This document shows, one piece after another, positions 11,915 to 25,726 of a stretch of DNA of 64,000 nucleotides; within the stretch, counting starts at the first letter, position 1, and every line of letters starts with the position of its first letter. The notes beneath the pieces were generated by a model. That model was not told the origin of the DNA, searched no databases, and was given only the letters and a program-made list of their open reading frames with translations. The DNA is from Marsupella aquatica (lineage: Eukaryota > Plantae > Marchantiophyta). The position numbers and the translations under genes are program-made. The stretch lies in assembly GCA_973895155.1 (NCBI GenBank), contig OZ316892.1:26001233-26065232 (forward strand), in the 5' to 3' direction.

Positions 11915-14900
11915 ATGGAACGAGGCAGTAACCTTTTGTGGACTGGCTTCTTGTTGGTCAACATCTTTGCATACTGGCCACATGTGCTCGCACAAGAAGG
12001 TGAGAAGCTTTCCGCGATAGAGAGGCTCATGACTGGATGATTCTGGAAGTCTTCTCGGACTGATAGAGCCTTGTGAATTTGACTGGTAGCTCGGTCACTG
12101 TCGACTTTGTTGAAGGTTTCTATGTACTACATGTCACTTTCTCGTGAGCATGAACATATTCGTCAAAGTTTATCTTGCTTAATCCTTCTTCTCCCAAAAG
12201 TAGCGTAATGCCACTTTCTCGCCAAAAAAACCATACCTTATATATGCCGCCATCATATCTACTTTGATGTCAATTGCATGTGCTTTCAATCTCACGGCAT
12301 ACCTTATATATGCCGCCATCATATCTACTTTGATGTCAATTGCATGTGCTTTCAATCTCACGGCGGCTTCCAGGTGTGAAAGTAAGTCATTGTCTTCTCC
12401 TGTACGTCTGACTCGACTCTTGTGGCGATGGATGGATGCGAGCTTAGGTTACCTGAGTCTTGCCTGCGGCAGAAGCTCAAGCTTTACGGACACTTCGACT
12501 GGGATTCACTGGATACCAGATGACAATTACACATCAGCGGGAATCGCATGGAGTACCGGTCGTTCGTCAACCACAAATTCACAACACGATAGTGGTCGCT
12601 ACTTTCCTGAAGGGAACAAGAATTGCTATACCTTAGATGTCACAAGTGGGAGGAGGTACTTAATACGGGGGACCCACGGGTACTTGAACATTGATGGTAA
12701 TAATTGCCCAGCAGAGTTCGACGTAGCCATTGAAGCCACGATCGTCGATTCCGTGAAAACTGTTATAGATGAACCTCAAGTTCTCGAAGTCATCGTAACT
12801 GCTCAGAGACATAATCTTAACTACTGCTTATTGAGACGCCAGGGATTTCCCGTGATTTCGTCTCTCGAGATCAGACCTCTTCCCGAATCGTCCTATCCTG
12901 ATGCAATTCGGGGGTTGCTGACCTCTGTGAGCCGGGTCGACTTTGTCCATAGGCGCGATGTCAGGTGAGATGGAGGCCCTGTCTATGTCACCTTCCGTTT
13001 CGATTATCATAATGATAGACTTGTCTCGTGCAAGTCTTTTTCTTCACCTCTGAATTACGGTCATTTCATGATGATATCCTTTGCGTTGAGTCATTTGCTT
13101 CTTATTGTCTAGATGGATATTGTTCTGTGGCTGACGTCCATGAAACGAACAACCTTTGTTTTGGTTTCCGGTAGAAAGGCTGACAGCGTTCGGCACAAGT
13201 ATGTCTCCAACAAGGTCGTCGGAGGGCTGAGTTTTTTAATGGATCTGAGTGCCTGCTCAGGTATCCACTCGACATCTTGGAGGGGAAAACCCGTCTCGTG
13301 GACGAAGCTGAGATAACCTGTAGTAAAGCAATAATCGACTCGTGGAAGTTTACTCAACGCTGGAAGTTGACATCTTCCCCAGTCAATGCTAAGGACATCT
13401 TCATGGTTTACCTCTACTTTGCCGGTCACCTGGACAGCAGATTCGAGGGCGGGGAACGGAGCCTTAAAATTACTGCGAATGGGGCCTCCATTGGCGAGTA
13501 CGACGTACTTGAAGCTCACTCTCAATTTCCTGAACACGTAATCAGATTCTCCGTTCCAGCGAATTCTGAAAAGTTGACGGTAGTGATTGAGGCCGCCGAG
13601 ACCGGCCGCGAGCTCTCTTGTCTACACGCTGCAGAAGTCTATCGATTCGTTCCGACCGTAGGAGGCACCGAAGAGTCGGATGGTAAGCAGCGAACTGTAT
13701 CCTATTTGTCTTGTCTCATTTTGTGGGTGGACTACTTTCATTTGTTGAAGATTCCTTGGGGCTCGAATGTTCAGTCCGCGGACTTTGTCTGCAGCGACAG
13801 ATAGTGACAAGAGTCTAGTGACCAGAGTGTTTTTAGCCTACATTCTCGCCATAATACATTACGGACAAAAATAATGGAACGTTGCCAATGATTGGAAGGT
13901 GCACAGCCATCGTTTCTATGTTTAACTAGAATCTTGCTAAATTACCATCTTTAGGCTAGATGATCATCTGACGAATGGTACGTTGCAGTGCGAACGCTCA
14001 TGAGCATCAAGAAACGTCTCAATGTAATGGGGTGGTCCGGAGATCCCTGCCTGCCCGTTCCGTGGGACGGAGTGACCTGCGAGATGCAAGCTGGTGAAAT
14101 GTTCGTTACTGGAGTGTAAGTTCAAATGCTGAAATCGATATCTGCTTCAACCACACGCAATTCTCGGACATAGTTGATAGTTTACCGTCCCGGAAGATGA
14201 AATTCACATTGTTGGTGGGATTACTTTGTTAGAGGTCTCTATCCTCACAACTGCTATGATGTTCATGTCGATGTAACTTTCGAACCCTGCCGTTGGATTG
14301 ATTGGATGTTATTCTTGGACTCGAACTTGCGCAGAGATTTGTCTAATAAGGTTGTTACGGGACTTGTTCTCGGCGATATCAGAACTCTCAAACATGTCAA
14401 GCAATTGTGAGGCTCTCAACCCATTCACTGTCCGCGTTGCACACGAACATTTCGTCCACACTCTGTATCAAGATTTGTTATCAGGGAATCGAGATGTGCT
14501 CTCTCAAGATGGAAACTTCTCTTCACCTTTTGTCCACATGATTAACTTTCTGCACACTCTGTTGGACAAATCCACACGACGCCACGTTATCAATTTTGAT
14601 GGGATAGTTTGCGCCCCGGAACTGTTGCAAAAAATGCTTTAATTGAGCCCCTATGCTACCTGGGATGATTCCACAGTCGTTACCGAATTGCATCCGGGTT
14701 ATCGCATCGTTTTTCCTTTCCTAGTTCTTATCTGGGGCATGTTGAAGTAATCATCGTCTCTCCGACAGAGACCCAAGAGATCTGTCCAGTTGGTCCAAAC
14801 ATCGCAGACCTTATGACTAGACCATTAGACGGGACAATCTCTGAAATAAAGTTTTACTCCTTGCCAACGTCGTAGATATTGTCCGAGTTTGACGTCGCTA

Positions 14901-17900
14901 ACAATGTCGTCCTTCCCGTGTGTTTCCAATCTGTGCGTTTTCAGAGTGATAGAATCTAATGAACTAAGTGAGGAGATACCGTCCAAGTCGGCGAAAGTAC
15001 ATACACACAACTTAAGATACAGGTACGTTCAATGCTTTCCTTCTCGCCTGCAGGATTTTGTCGCTCGAGTTAATGTAATATTATCTGCATCTGAAACTTA
15101 AAGTTTTGGGGTCTTATGGTGTAAAGTGTTCAAGACGATGAAGAGAGTTGACTCTTGAGATGTTGCATTGCTGCAGTTTTCTCGGCAGGAGACTTTTGAA
15201 CCAGTCGTCCACTTCAACAAGCTCCAAATCAAGCAAACGTTCAAGCAACGCTTTGGTGAACATATTCATAGGAATCGCGGTGGGAGTGACGTGCTTGGTG
15301 GCTCTTGTAGCCATCACCGTGATGTTGTATTGTCACCGAAGGCGTCGAGCAAGAGTTCCTGCACTCATTCCATGGACTGCTTCAGACTTGTCAAATGGTC
15401 CAAACTGTGAGTACTTACAACGCCATGTGAAGTCCCGAGGCACAACGCTGTTTGCGAGCTTATTTGTTTAGTCTGCACTGTGATTTAGACTTTCCGAAGT
15501 GTAACGGTCCCAGTGTCCCAAACACTAAGTCATGACGACTGTGCTGGTTTTGTAGATGTAATGAAGTCTCCACTTCAAGATCCAAAGCATTTAGAAATGC
15601 AATCCACTGGCCCACAAGAGCTTTCTTTGAAGGAGGTGCAGACTGTAACTGAGAAGTTCAAAAACAAAATCGGTGAAGGTGGTTTCGGTGCTGTTTATTA
15701 TGGTACTCTTCCTAATGGAACTTCAGTCGCAGTGAAAGTCCGCTCATTAAATTCAAATCAAGGGACCCGTGAGTTCACTGCTGAGGTGAGACTCTCTTTC
15801 CTAGTCTTTAGAGTGTAGACTTAGCTGCTCTTTTCCAGAGTAGCCCCATTTTGAGTGATATCTTGCTGTTCCAAGGCCTGATGAAACCTTCTTGTGTTAC
15901 TGGACCTACTTTCTTCCTCAGGCCGTGTTTTGAATGCATATGCTTCCACTTTAGATTTAAGTACAGGGTGTGTTTTGGCTATGTGAGATTTAGGTTCACA
16001 TTCTTCGGTTCTTAGGACAATAGATGTGAAGAATTGCTTGCCGCTAGAGTGTTTTTGCAGGACTTGATTTGGAACTGTGTCAGTTTGTTTAGCGCTACTT
16101 GTCTCCCATGTCTTGGAAACACATCTAATGTTTTCTTGGCCTTCTGTAACGCAGCTGGAACTTTTGCGGCAAATTAAACACGAAAACCTGGTGCCACTTG
16201 TCGGATTTTGTACTGAATATCAACAGCAGATTCTTGTCTATCCGTACATGTCAAATGGATCACTGCATGATCGACTCTATGGTAAATATTGAAGATGTTT
16301 CGACGTCACTTATGTGGCACTCATCCTTGTTGATTAATAAGAATTACGAAAGACATTCAGACATTTTATTTTTCCATTTGTTTGATCCAGACAAATCTGT
16401 TGGGAGAAGGCCTTTGGACTGGCTGACTAGACTGAATATCGTATTGGGAGCCGCACGAGGTAGGAAGTTGAACCTTCTTTGACGGACATTGGTTGTTATA
16501 CCTCGAAGTAGCCAAATGCAGTTGTCGAATCCCTCTCAACCCTCTCCTCCGTGCGAATTGTATTATGGGACTCGGATACTGTGTTTCGAATATTACATCA
16601 GGAAAATTTAGATGACTGCCCTAGCATAGTTGATGTGATCTTCTTTTCTAGCATCTTCAAGCATATGGTTTGCTCATTTGTTTGATCAGGGCAGGAATCA
16701 CAACCACGTTTATTAATCTGTAGTCTTTCTGACGTGTGAGGGGTTGTGGTTTTTGACCCATTTTTTCAGGCATCCAATTTCTGCATACTGGTGGAGATCG
16801 GTGTGTTATACATCGAGATGTCAAGAGTAGTAATATTCTTCTGGATGACAGTATGAAGGCGAAGATTGCGGACTTTGGCCTTTCAAAGGTTTCTCCAAGG
16901 GAAGATGAAAGTCTTGTCTCCACAGAAGTGCGAGGAACTGCTGAATATTTGGATCCTGAGTGCGTATCTTCTCACCTGCAGCCTTTATCTGAATTTATGT
17001 CAGTTGCCTTTTGACAGTAGGATGTCTGTTGCCGCCCGATTGCTAGAGGCTAGAGGACGAAAATCGGGGGACTGAGAAGAGAGTGAGATGTTTTCGCTGG
17101 AATTGCTATTAGGATATAGAATTTCTCAGCCTCACACGCAGTGCTCCGCAAAACCTCACAAGCCAATGGTTCTTGATAATTTAGCCAAGACTAACGGAGA
17201 ACGTCAATCAGACAAAGCAAAAAGTTGATATTCTGTTGCTCTATCTTTTGGTCTATGTGGCAGGTATTATCAAACCCACCAGCTCACAGAGATGAGCGAT
17301 GTATATAGTTTCGGTATGGTTCTCTTGGAGACTGTCTGTGGTCGTGAACCCCTCAATATGAATCGCCCTCCTAATGAGCGGAGCCTCTTGGAATGGGTGA
17401 GCATAAAACCCTGACGAAAACTATCGCTATTTGTTACAACCTGCCGACCAGGATAACTTAAATATCTAGAAGTTGGTTTGCCAATCACATCTTCCCACGA
17501 CTAAGAACAGCTAGGTTTGCTTTCAATTTTTCCAGCTTACAAAATATTCTTAGATGAAAAACTGTAGAAATCATTTTCGTGTGTCGTACTAATCATTCTC
17601 AATGTCGATCCTGACTGTTTGCCTTCCTCCAGGTGAGACCTTACATTAAAGATGCGAATATTGAACGGATAGTTGACCCAGAAATTCAAAGTTACACTCC
17701 CGAGTCTCTATGGAGAGTACTTGAGATAGCTCTTCAGAGTGTTGAACCTCATGCCTCACGCCGCTCAACCATAGCTGATATTGTAAGGGAGCTTGAAGAT
17801 GCCTTGATTATCGAAAACAATGCATCCCAGTATATGGCCTCCATCCAAAGCCTTGATTCACTTTGCATACCTCCCAATCTTGACTTGAAAGATTTTTCAA

Positions 17901-17992
17901 AGCAAGTACCAATGATATTTCCTCTGACGCTTCCATTTGAACCTTCACCGGTTTTCTCAGAGACGATGACTGTCGCTCCCGACCCAAGGTAA
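11915..17992 (+). CDS. SYMRK: SYMRK/DMI2-like malectin-like LRR receptor kinase; exons approx. 11915-11999, 12448-12964, 13261-13682, 13989-14115, 14335-14406, 14945-15022, 15177-15406, 15556-15785, 16155-16281, 16391-16459, 16770-16959, 17264-17396, 17633-17992
   Basis: Signal peptide, malectin-like domain ([18 protein letters not shown]), GDPC motif, LRR exons, TM helix, kinase ([21 protein letters not shown]). SYMRK-diagnostic strings: [53 protein letters not shown]. Exon phases are consistent. Confidence 0.88.
12232..12364 (+). repeat. Exact 66-bp tandem duplication in SYMRK intron 1
   Basis: CATACCTTATATATGCCGCC...TCTCACGG present twice. Confidence 0.95.
14769..14830 (+). pseudogene. 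Probable degenerate LRR exon of SYMRK
   Basis: After an ACAG acceptor: D-P-R-D-L-S-S, then shifted P-N-I-A-D-L-M / L-D-H (LRR-like); TAG in the expected frame and no GT donor at the expected position. Confidence 0.45.
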
Positions 17993-20900
17993 ATGACATT
18001 CCTAAAGAGCAGTTTCTATTTACCTGCAAAAGGGAACGGATGTCCAAAATGTCCTTAAAGATGATACCAAAAACTTGAAGAGAGCTGCTGCAGCTGATGC
18101 CTGACTGTAGGTTCATAGAATTCCTAATTAAATGGAATGCTTCGAATGGATCTCTATTACTACACTGGGTATGAAGAAGACGAACATCAAACTCAACTCC
18201 AGACATTCTTCAACAGTTTCTGCTTCATCGGCGACTGGAGGAGGTACTGTAATCTCCCTTTGAGCTTTGAGTTTCATATTGGCGGATGTTTGCTGTGCTT
18301 GAAAAGAGCATTTAATGTGAACTTTTCAAGCTGTATGACTGGCAGGGCCAACAACTTTGCTGACCGTTTCCCCGTTTGATGCTGCAGAGACTAGATAGGT
18401 TTCTACTTGCCACAGAACGAGACTCCGAGTCCTCTGCTGATATCTATATTTAAAAGGAAACACGGTGGCGATTTGAAAGTATACTTTCTACTTTTCAATG
18501 AGCGAATTTGATATTGTAGGGTCGGCATGCCTGTTTAAGCTTGCATGCCATCCATTGTCAATTTCGGTCATGATGAGCAATAACTTAGTTCCCAACGCCA
18601 CAGGCAACATCCCCTTCCATTGTCGATTTCGGTCAGGATGGGCAATAACTCAGTTCCCAGCCCAAATTTTCCCTGATCGTGTGGGAGCTATATAATTGGA
18701 ATGCAGGGTGTTGACGCTAGCATGCTGGCTAATCTTTCAGCTTACCGAACCACCCTGGCTATCAACAGGGGAAGGAAAATATCTTTTGTATGTGCACATT
18801 CCGTAAATGGTCAAGGACCTAAGAGGGGGCGCATGAAATAACAGGATAGTAAACATTCCGTGATGAACTTGAAATGTATTACTTTGAGCCGGTGCTTATT
18901 ATCGTTTACAGACGAGAAACGTTTCGGCAACCTATATTTGTACTGTAGCATCGTCAGTTCAGAGGTTTTCGATCACACAGACTACTGCTTTTGTGTCTCT
19001 AAAGATCATTTACTCGAGGCTGAAGCACGCTCACGACGCTAGACAACAAATGCCCAGCTTCTCATTATTGTCCTAGGCTCACAGATTAGACAGGGAGAGT
19101 CGACTTCTGGAGTCTGTGATCACTACTATTGCATGATTAGCGACAGTTTGGCCAGCCTGCTCTGTTCTGTTAAGAACTTGTTTCAGTTCAGAGCATGGGC
19201 AATTCTTTAGATGTGGCTATTGATTGATTTGGGAAATGTGGTGGACGGCAAACAGGTCAGAGCTGTGCTAAAGCATTCAAATTTTTGCAACCCTACAGTA
19301 TGTTTGCTCCGCGATTTCAGGGAGTGCTCCACAATTTCAGGAAAAGGCTATTTTTACTGTTAGTAGGGGTTAGACCTCCTGTAGGATATGAAGGGCAACT
19401 GCTCAAATAAATGTAGTTTGTTGGTTAAAATGCTGAATCACGCCCATGGTTGAGAAAAAGAATAAACTAAAGTAGTTTGTTGGTCAAAATGCTGATCAAA
19501 GCGTTGCATCCTGTAACCTCAATGGTTGAAAATATTGAATAAGGGTTTTTGGTTAGTTGTCAAATTATGGCTAAAGTTGATGAGAAAGAGTGGAGTTCAA
19601 AGAGTGGCTGGGCTTCAGTGCTTATCTCAAGACTTTCTTGCTGAGAAAGTGTGATAAAACTAAAGCTCGATCCCATGGACCATGATGGTTGACAAGACGT
19701 GTGGATGGATCAGAGCAACCTGCATGGCCCACACTGAAATATTATTTTTTACCGACTACCACCTTTTCTTTCTATAAGTGCTCTTATTAAGAGTGTGATA
19801 GGGTACAATGAAATATTAAAATTTACCCAAATTAGCCCCTTTTCTTTAATAAGGGCTTTTATCAGAGTGACCACATTGAAATAATAGTGAAATACTACTT
19901 TTTACTCAATGAGCACCTACTCTTAGTCTAAGAGCTTGCTAGAGTTGGATAGAGTGACACTCTTTATTGTAAACAAACATTTCACCCCTCCCCTCTTAAC
20001 TAGAGCTCAGAGTTCTGTTTCCTAAGTATATGGTTTTGAATAACTTACGTGATGCTAGCCTAAGTCATTTTGAGAAAAACATGAGAGACCCACCTTCTTG
20101 AAAGAGATCCACAATAGTTTAGAAGCTAAATAGTGGTCTACAAGAAAATAACATTTGGGGATAAAAGTGAGACCAACACTTTGTAAATGAATAAGTTGTG
20201 AAGAGAAGACACTTTGTAAAGGAATAAGCATTGAGGCACAAATACAAAGTCACCCAAAACTAATCTATTCTTGCTTTAAAGGGGTTACTAAAAACTCCAT
20301 CCAAACTCTAAAAAAGTTTCTTAACATGTGAATCCTTTTGAGCAGGAATCACTACAAGACAAACTATTTTACCTTATTGGGGGAATCTTCACACTTTTAG
20401 GTAACTTAAAGAATGTTTGTTTTCTCATTTATCTAGATACAATAGTCTTAAAAGTTGTTTATTACCATTTGGGGGAGATTGTTTAAAGTTGGAGCAACCC
20501 TATCACATGGTGTTAACTCAAAAAGTTGTGTTCACTAGATAGCAAGTACACTGGCATGATGTAATAGGCTGACTCTCTATACTCATGGCATACCTTCCAA
20601 AGATTATGATGTTCATTAGATCTGGCGATATTTGTAGAAAGTTTTTCCATAGCCCTTTGTGTAACCATAATCCAGGGGAGAAAGTGTGTTGCTAGTAAAA
20701 CAGCTGGTTAAGGACCCTATTTGAGAATGAAATAATTATGTTGAGATGGTGAATCAAAAGGCTGAAGTACAGTCACCAAGGAAAAATTTGAAGTACAGTA
20801 AGTCAAAATTCACAGACACTGTCCTAAGAATGGGGTTACCGTGTTTAGTTCGAAAAAAATTCATTGGAATCCATCTCTGCAGACAACTACAAAAAAGCGA

Positions 20901-21756
20901 AAGATTACCACATGAATGGAAAACATTTTTTGCGTTGTCTTAAAGTGTGTTATTGCACCTGTGATACAGATTTTCTGATCACTCTTTGTCTGAAAAGTTG
21001 GGGAAAACATCTTGCAATGGAGTGTGGTATTTTAGTCTTTTGTCCAATCATGCCCAAATGGAAATGGACCTCAAACAGAATCTTGGCCTTGTTCCGTTCT
21101 GGAATGTGACATCACTTCAGGCCAAAGTCAGCCTTGGCATTCTAGTTATGGCACATAAACCCACATGTCATTGCCAAAGCTGTATGCAAACAGGTCACTG
21201 AAAATTTCTTATTCTAAACACAGGTGTTGGACATGACTTGCCCACCGCTTCAGTGAGCAGATGGAAATGGTCTATTCTTGCAATAGTGGAGCCAGTGCAA
21301 TCGAAGAGTCATGTCCCTGAACGCTCATCTCGTGGACAAGCTGCTCGAACTCAGCTGACTATCACTAAAGTATTGGGCTGACCAAATAAAGTATTTCAGC
21401 TGTCCAGCTAGCATATTTTTAAAATTCATGACCGTAACTTACATGTGCAAAGCAATCGATTCGAGGGAATGAAGCAATCAGCTGTCCTCAGTTACATACA
21501 CCTCAAGTTACCATTTAACTATGATGATGAAGAGGTCTGCACTACAACTGGAGGTTGACAGTAGACTCTCGTTGAAGTACATGTACATGAAACACGAGTT
21601 CTACAATGAAAGAATATAAATTCTTCTGAATCTAGCCAGACCAGTCTTTGGGGCATAATGACATTCTCACAAGGTCAGTCGTCCCTCGAGTTTCACCAAC
21701 AAAATGACCTACAAACCTAGCGTGTAGTGACTATTCCTTCAGGAGGTTATCGCCTT

Positions 21757-24137
21757 TCATGTACTCTTTTTCTCTACAGAAAATTTAGGAGCAGCAGCAA
21801 AAGGATCCGCGTAAGGAAGCAGGCGGGCTATCACAATGAGCGGAATTATCAGGTAGGGTAAGTAAATCGCTAGAAGAGTAAATCGAGTGGGTTCTTGCGA
21901 TCCCAAAATATCACCTAGTATGGGAACCTGCAATCAAAGCCATCATTCAGAACAGAGAGACAATCTCAAATACTCTTGCATATATGGAAACGTCAATGGC
22001 AACCTCCGAGTTACTATATGATGAATTAAGATCCAACGACAAGATACAGATTAGAGTTCAAAAGTCAATTCCTGTTGAAGTAAGCAAGCCCAGAAGTCGG
22101 ATTGTTCCAGGAAAGCATTGCGAAAAGTGAAGCAGGCAAAGTTTCACAGTTCACCAGTTCCTTGCATCGCACGAGGGTCAGATAAGATGCATAGCACTGA
22201 TAAAAATCCAATTATTATTCTTTATTTGGATTTTTATTCAGAGGACAAGACTGTACCATAGTGGTGGCAGTATGTACGCCATATATGATGCCAGCCATTC
22301 TTCCCCACTTCTTTCCTGGAAACACAGTTATGCAGCAGACCCACACGCCACAGGCATTAGATGTAAACTTAGAAGGATTCACAGGAGCCTTGTATACTCA
22401 CTACTGGGAGAGAACAACAAACAACAAAAACGTATAGTTATCTCCAGTTTCGCAAGTGGGAAAGACCACAGAACAGATCATCCACATACATACGATTCTT
22501 GAAATTTTTGCAGCAAACCTGGCGATGAATGAATACGAAACCGGTCTTTCCCAAAGACCCGGACCATTCCGTCTCTCCTGGATAATTTATCGAACCCTTT
22601 AGTGACGTTACAGTGGCATGCTGTTGCGTTGTCGAATGGAAAACCTTGAGTTTTATCTGGGACCACTTGTCATCAACCTACCATCATGCTCGCTGCGTAA
22701 CTTGGAGATACTCAAGCGGTGAACTTGTCAAAAGAGAGCCCGATGTCCATGCAGCTTCACTGGGTTTCATTCTTGCAGTTCTATATATTCTAGAGAGAAA
22801 GGCATATCCAGAAGTAAGCGATGTGTTTCTTATAATTATCAGTAAACTCTCAATGATGATAGGGTGGTTGATTAGGGCAGTCTTGCGGCTCTCCTTGATT
22901 GATGGTGCATAAACTCCATGTGCTATTCCAAAAACCTGTACTAGATTGTTGGCAAGAGAAGCAATAATCAAGAGCTCCAGTCCTATGTGTAGACCATGTA
23001 CAATTCACTCGTGATCCCTTCACCACGTGATTTATCCTTCAATTTTTCTTTAAAATTCTTGAAGCTTAGTCCCTTTACTTGTGTTAATGCCTCACAATCT
23101 AGCCCCCCATACTTCGGATGTATAATCTATACACAAAGGAAAGACAAAGCATTTCAAATTAGATTAAAGTTTCGAATTTGTCGTAGAGACATTAAAACTT
23201 AACTTTGGACCAGAGACAATCGTCAGGCCCCAGGAGATTTAAGAACAAGCAGACAGGAAACAGGCAGGCCTAGCCATTGTGCTCGACAAAAGCGCTGTGA
23301 GGCAAACGTGACAATCCACAAACATGTAGAGTCGCACAACAAATTGAAGAACCGGGAGACCAGGATCAGCGCTAGTGTAGCTCAGCAACCAGCCATAAGA
23401 ACCACTGAAGCGCCTTCCATTCATTCTCTTCCTCTTCATTAGCATGTGCTTAGTCCGCTGACCAAACGTGGGGATGGGACAGAAAGACTGGCATGTAACG
23501 TCAACGGGACCCCAATTGGGCCAGTAGACGATAATGTAAACCGTTTCCACATGTGAGGATGACAATGAGAGACATAATTGCATTCTAGTCCAGGGAACGC
23601 AATCTGGCCAGAAGGCAATAAGGAATGAAATTTCACGGAAAGCACATCTGGCATTCTTACGGACCGTAGGACCAAAGAAAAGTGCGGGAGAGAGAGAGAC
23701 CGCAGAACGTCAGAAGGGAGGAAACGGAACAGATCAAAAAGGCCCAGTACGAAAGCTGTTGACATCGACTGATTATTCATGTTTTGGGGTCTAGTCTTCC
23801 ACATCGTAGGGCGGACACTTTAAGAAGCATAGCAGATCCGGAGTGAGACGAGAGACGGACACTGTGACGAAAGCATACCCACAGGCCACATGCAAGGGGA
23901 GCTGAATGGCGAATTCGCACAAAATTAAACCCTTGAAAAGTGAGGAAGGTCGCGCATAAGGTAGTCCCCGTTGGTGTTCACGTGATACTTGACAATCTCC
24001 TTGAGGAATGAAGGGTACCATGCTTTGGGGAAAATCGTCTGTCCATCAATGAGTATCGCAATGGGCAGATGCAGAAAGAAATACGAAGCGAGCAGCAAGT
24101 CGCCAGGGCGCTTCCGGATCGGTAACCTCTCCTCCAT
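21757..24137 (-). CDS. TMEM97/sigma-2 receptor-like EXPERA membrane protein; exons ~24137-23862, 22315-22257, 21927-21757; apparent 1-nt deletions at ~23937 and at the exon-1 donor
   Basis: HLPIAILIDGQ, GDYLM...FKGLILCEFAIQLP, IYGVHTATTM, IYLPYLIIPL are TMEM97-family motifs; the frame is restored by one extra T in a T run. Confidence 0.85.
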
Positions 24138-25726
24138 CGCCCTCTTTCCTACCTTTTCGTAACGTTTAGATCGGTCCTAAACGTCTCCCGTCAAGACAGC
24201 TCCTGCGGGCCACTGCTGGGTTGCGTTACTATCTACGTAAAGCTTTGGAACTTGTAGTGGAGCTCCCTCGCTTTGTCATTTGCTGAGAGGGAGGGCCGAG
24301 CTACTCTGTTCACCCCAATTTCGAAATTAGCAGACTGCTATAGTGGCGTAAACCCCTTTCTTGGAGCTCCGCTCAATAAAGCGAGAAGTGTACACTATTC
24401 ACCCAATTCTGATATTAGTACGAATGACACCTTTGTTTAAGAGCTCCACTCAATTATTTGGTTACCGTCTTGAGTGACAGAGGTATGAATTTGCAGGTGA
24501 CAAGTAGTAACCAATTCTTCAGATCTGGAACAACAGTCGTGTCTAGGTTTCCTTCGACAGCCTTTCGAGTATAACACGGACTTACAATTAGATCTGTGAA
24601 CCATAACCATTAAACTTATTTAATGTTTCGAAGCAGTTGCTGAGCACTTAGAATTTATCCACGCCTAGCGAGAACAGTGATCCGCTGTCCCAAAAATGCA
24701 TCACTTGGATGTATGAATTTGAAGTTCCCAAATGCCATTCGCGGTTAGATGGATTCCAATGGGAAATTTTTAAAGTCGAAAGAGCTGGAAGTGTCCATCT
24801 CGGACTTCCCCTACATACATTTTATTAAAAAAAAAATTACCTTTCAACTAGTGTGTATCATCGCAAATACTGTCCATGTACAAGAACTTCAAACTTCGGT
24901 AGATACATGATGAGTGCTCCACAACGTTGCACAGACTACAGTGCTAAGAAACTTAACTCCTGCAGAAACTGTAACTTACATATTTTGTACACAAATTACC
25001 TGTACCCGACAAACGATCACATGGCTTGTTTCAGTAGTAAAGCAAGACAGCTTGCCATATCATTTGCTGATCAATAAATATCAACCTCAGGCTTCAAATC
25101 TGCCTGCCCCTTACACCAGACACCAGTCAACCCAAGGTCCAACGAACCATCGAACTTTGACCTTCAGTATCTCCCATTTGAGGTTAAGTGTGTGTGCCCA
25201 GGAACTATTGTCCCAGGATCCAAAACATCCTCATACTCTGCATCATCTTTGATAGCCAGCACAGCTGCATGCCTTTCCCTTGGAGGGTTTACCGACCGGA
25301 TTTCACAGTTAAGCGAATGGTAACTAGACATGATGTCACAAAGGCTGCCCAGTAAAGAGCTGTGCCCACGGAAAAAACTTGCTTGCCCCTAGATTGACAT
25401 TCATCGTTGCATTTGAGATCAGGAAGACAAGGAAGCGCCACAGCAGATGGGCTGTTCTAAACATTGTCGCACTCACGTTCACCAAGCTGCTGTACTCTGG
25501 ACGTATCAAGTCCAGTATTCAGTGGCAACGATAAGACTTAAGTCGCTTATTCGACCTGTTGGACGAAGTTGCAAACCCAGCAACCTTGATACGAGGCAAT
25601 TGGCTCTGACTAGTCAACACATCTTGACTTGTCAGGGTGAACGATTTCCCGCTCAAAGGCAAACAACGGATGGTAATTGCCAGGTCCTTTCATTGCCAAT
25701 TTGAGGGATCAAGAGCCCACAATAGT

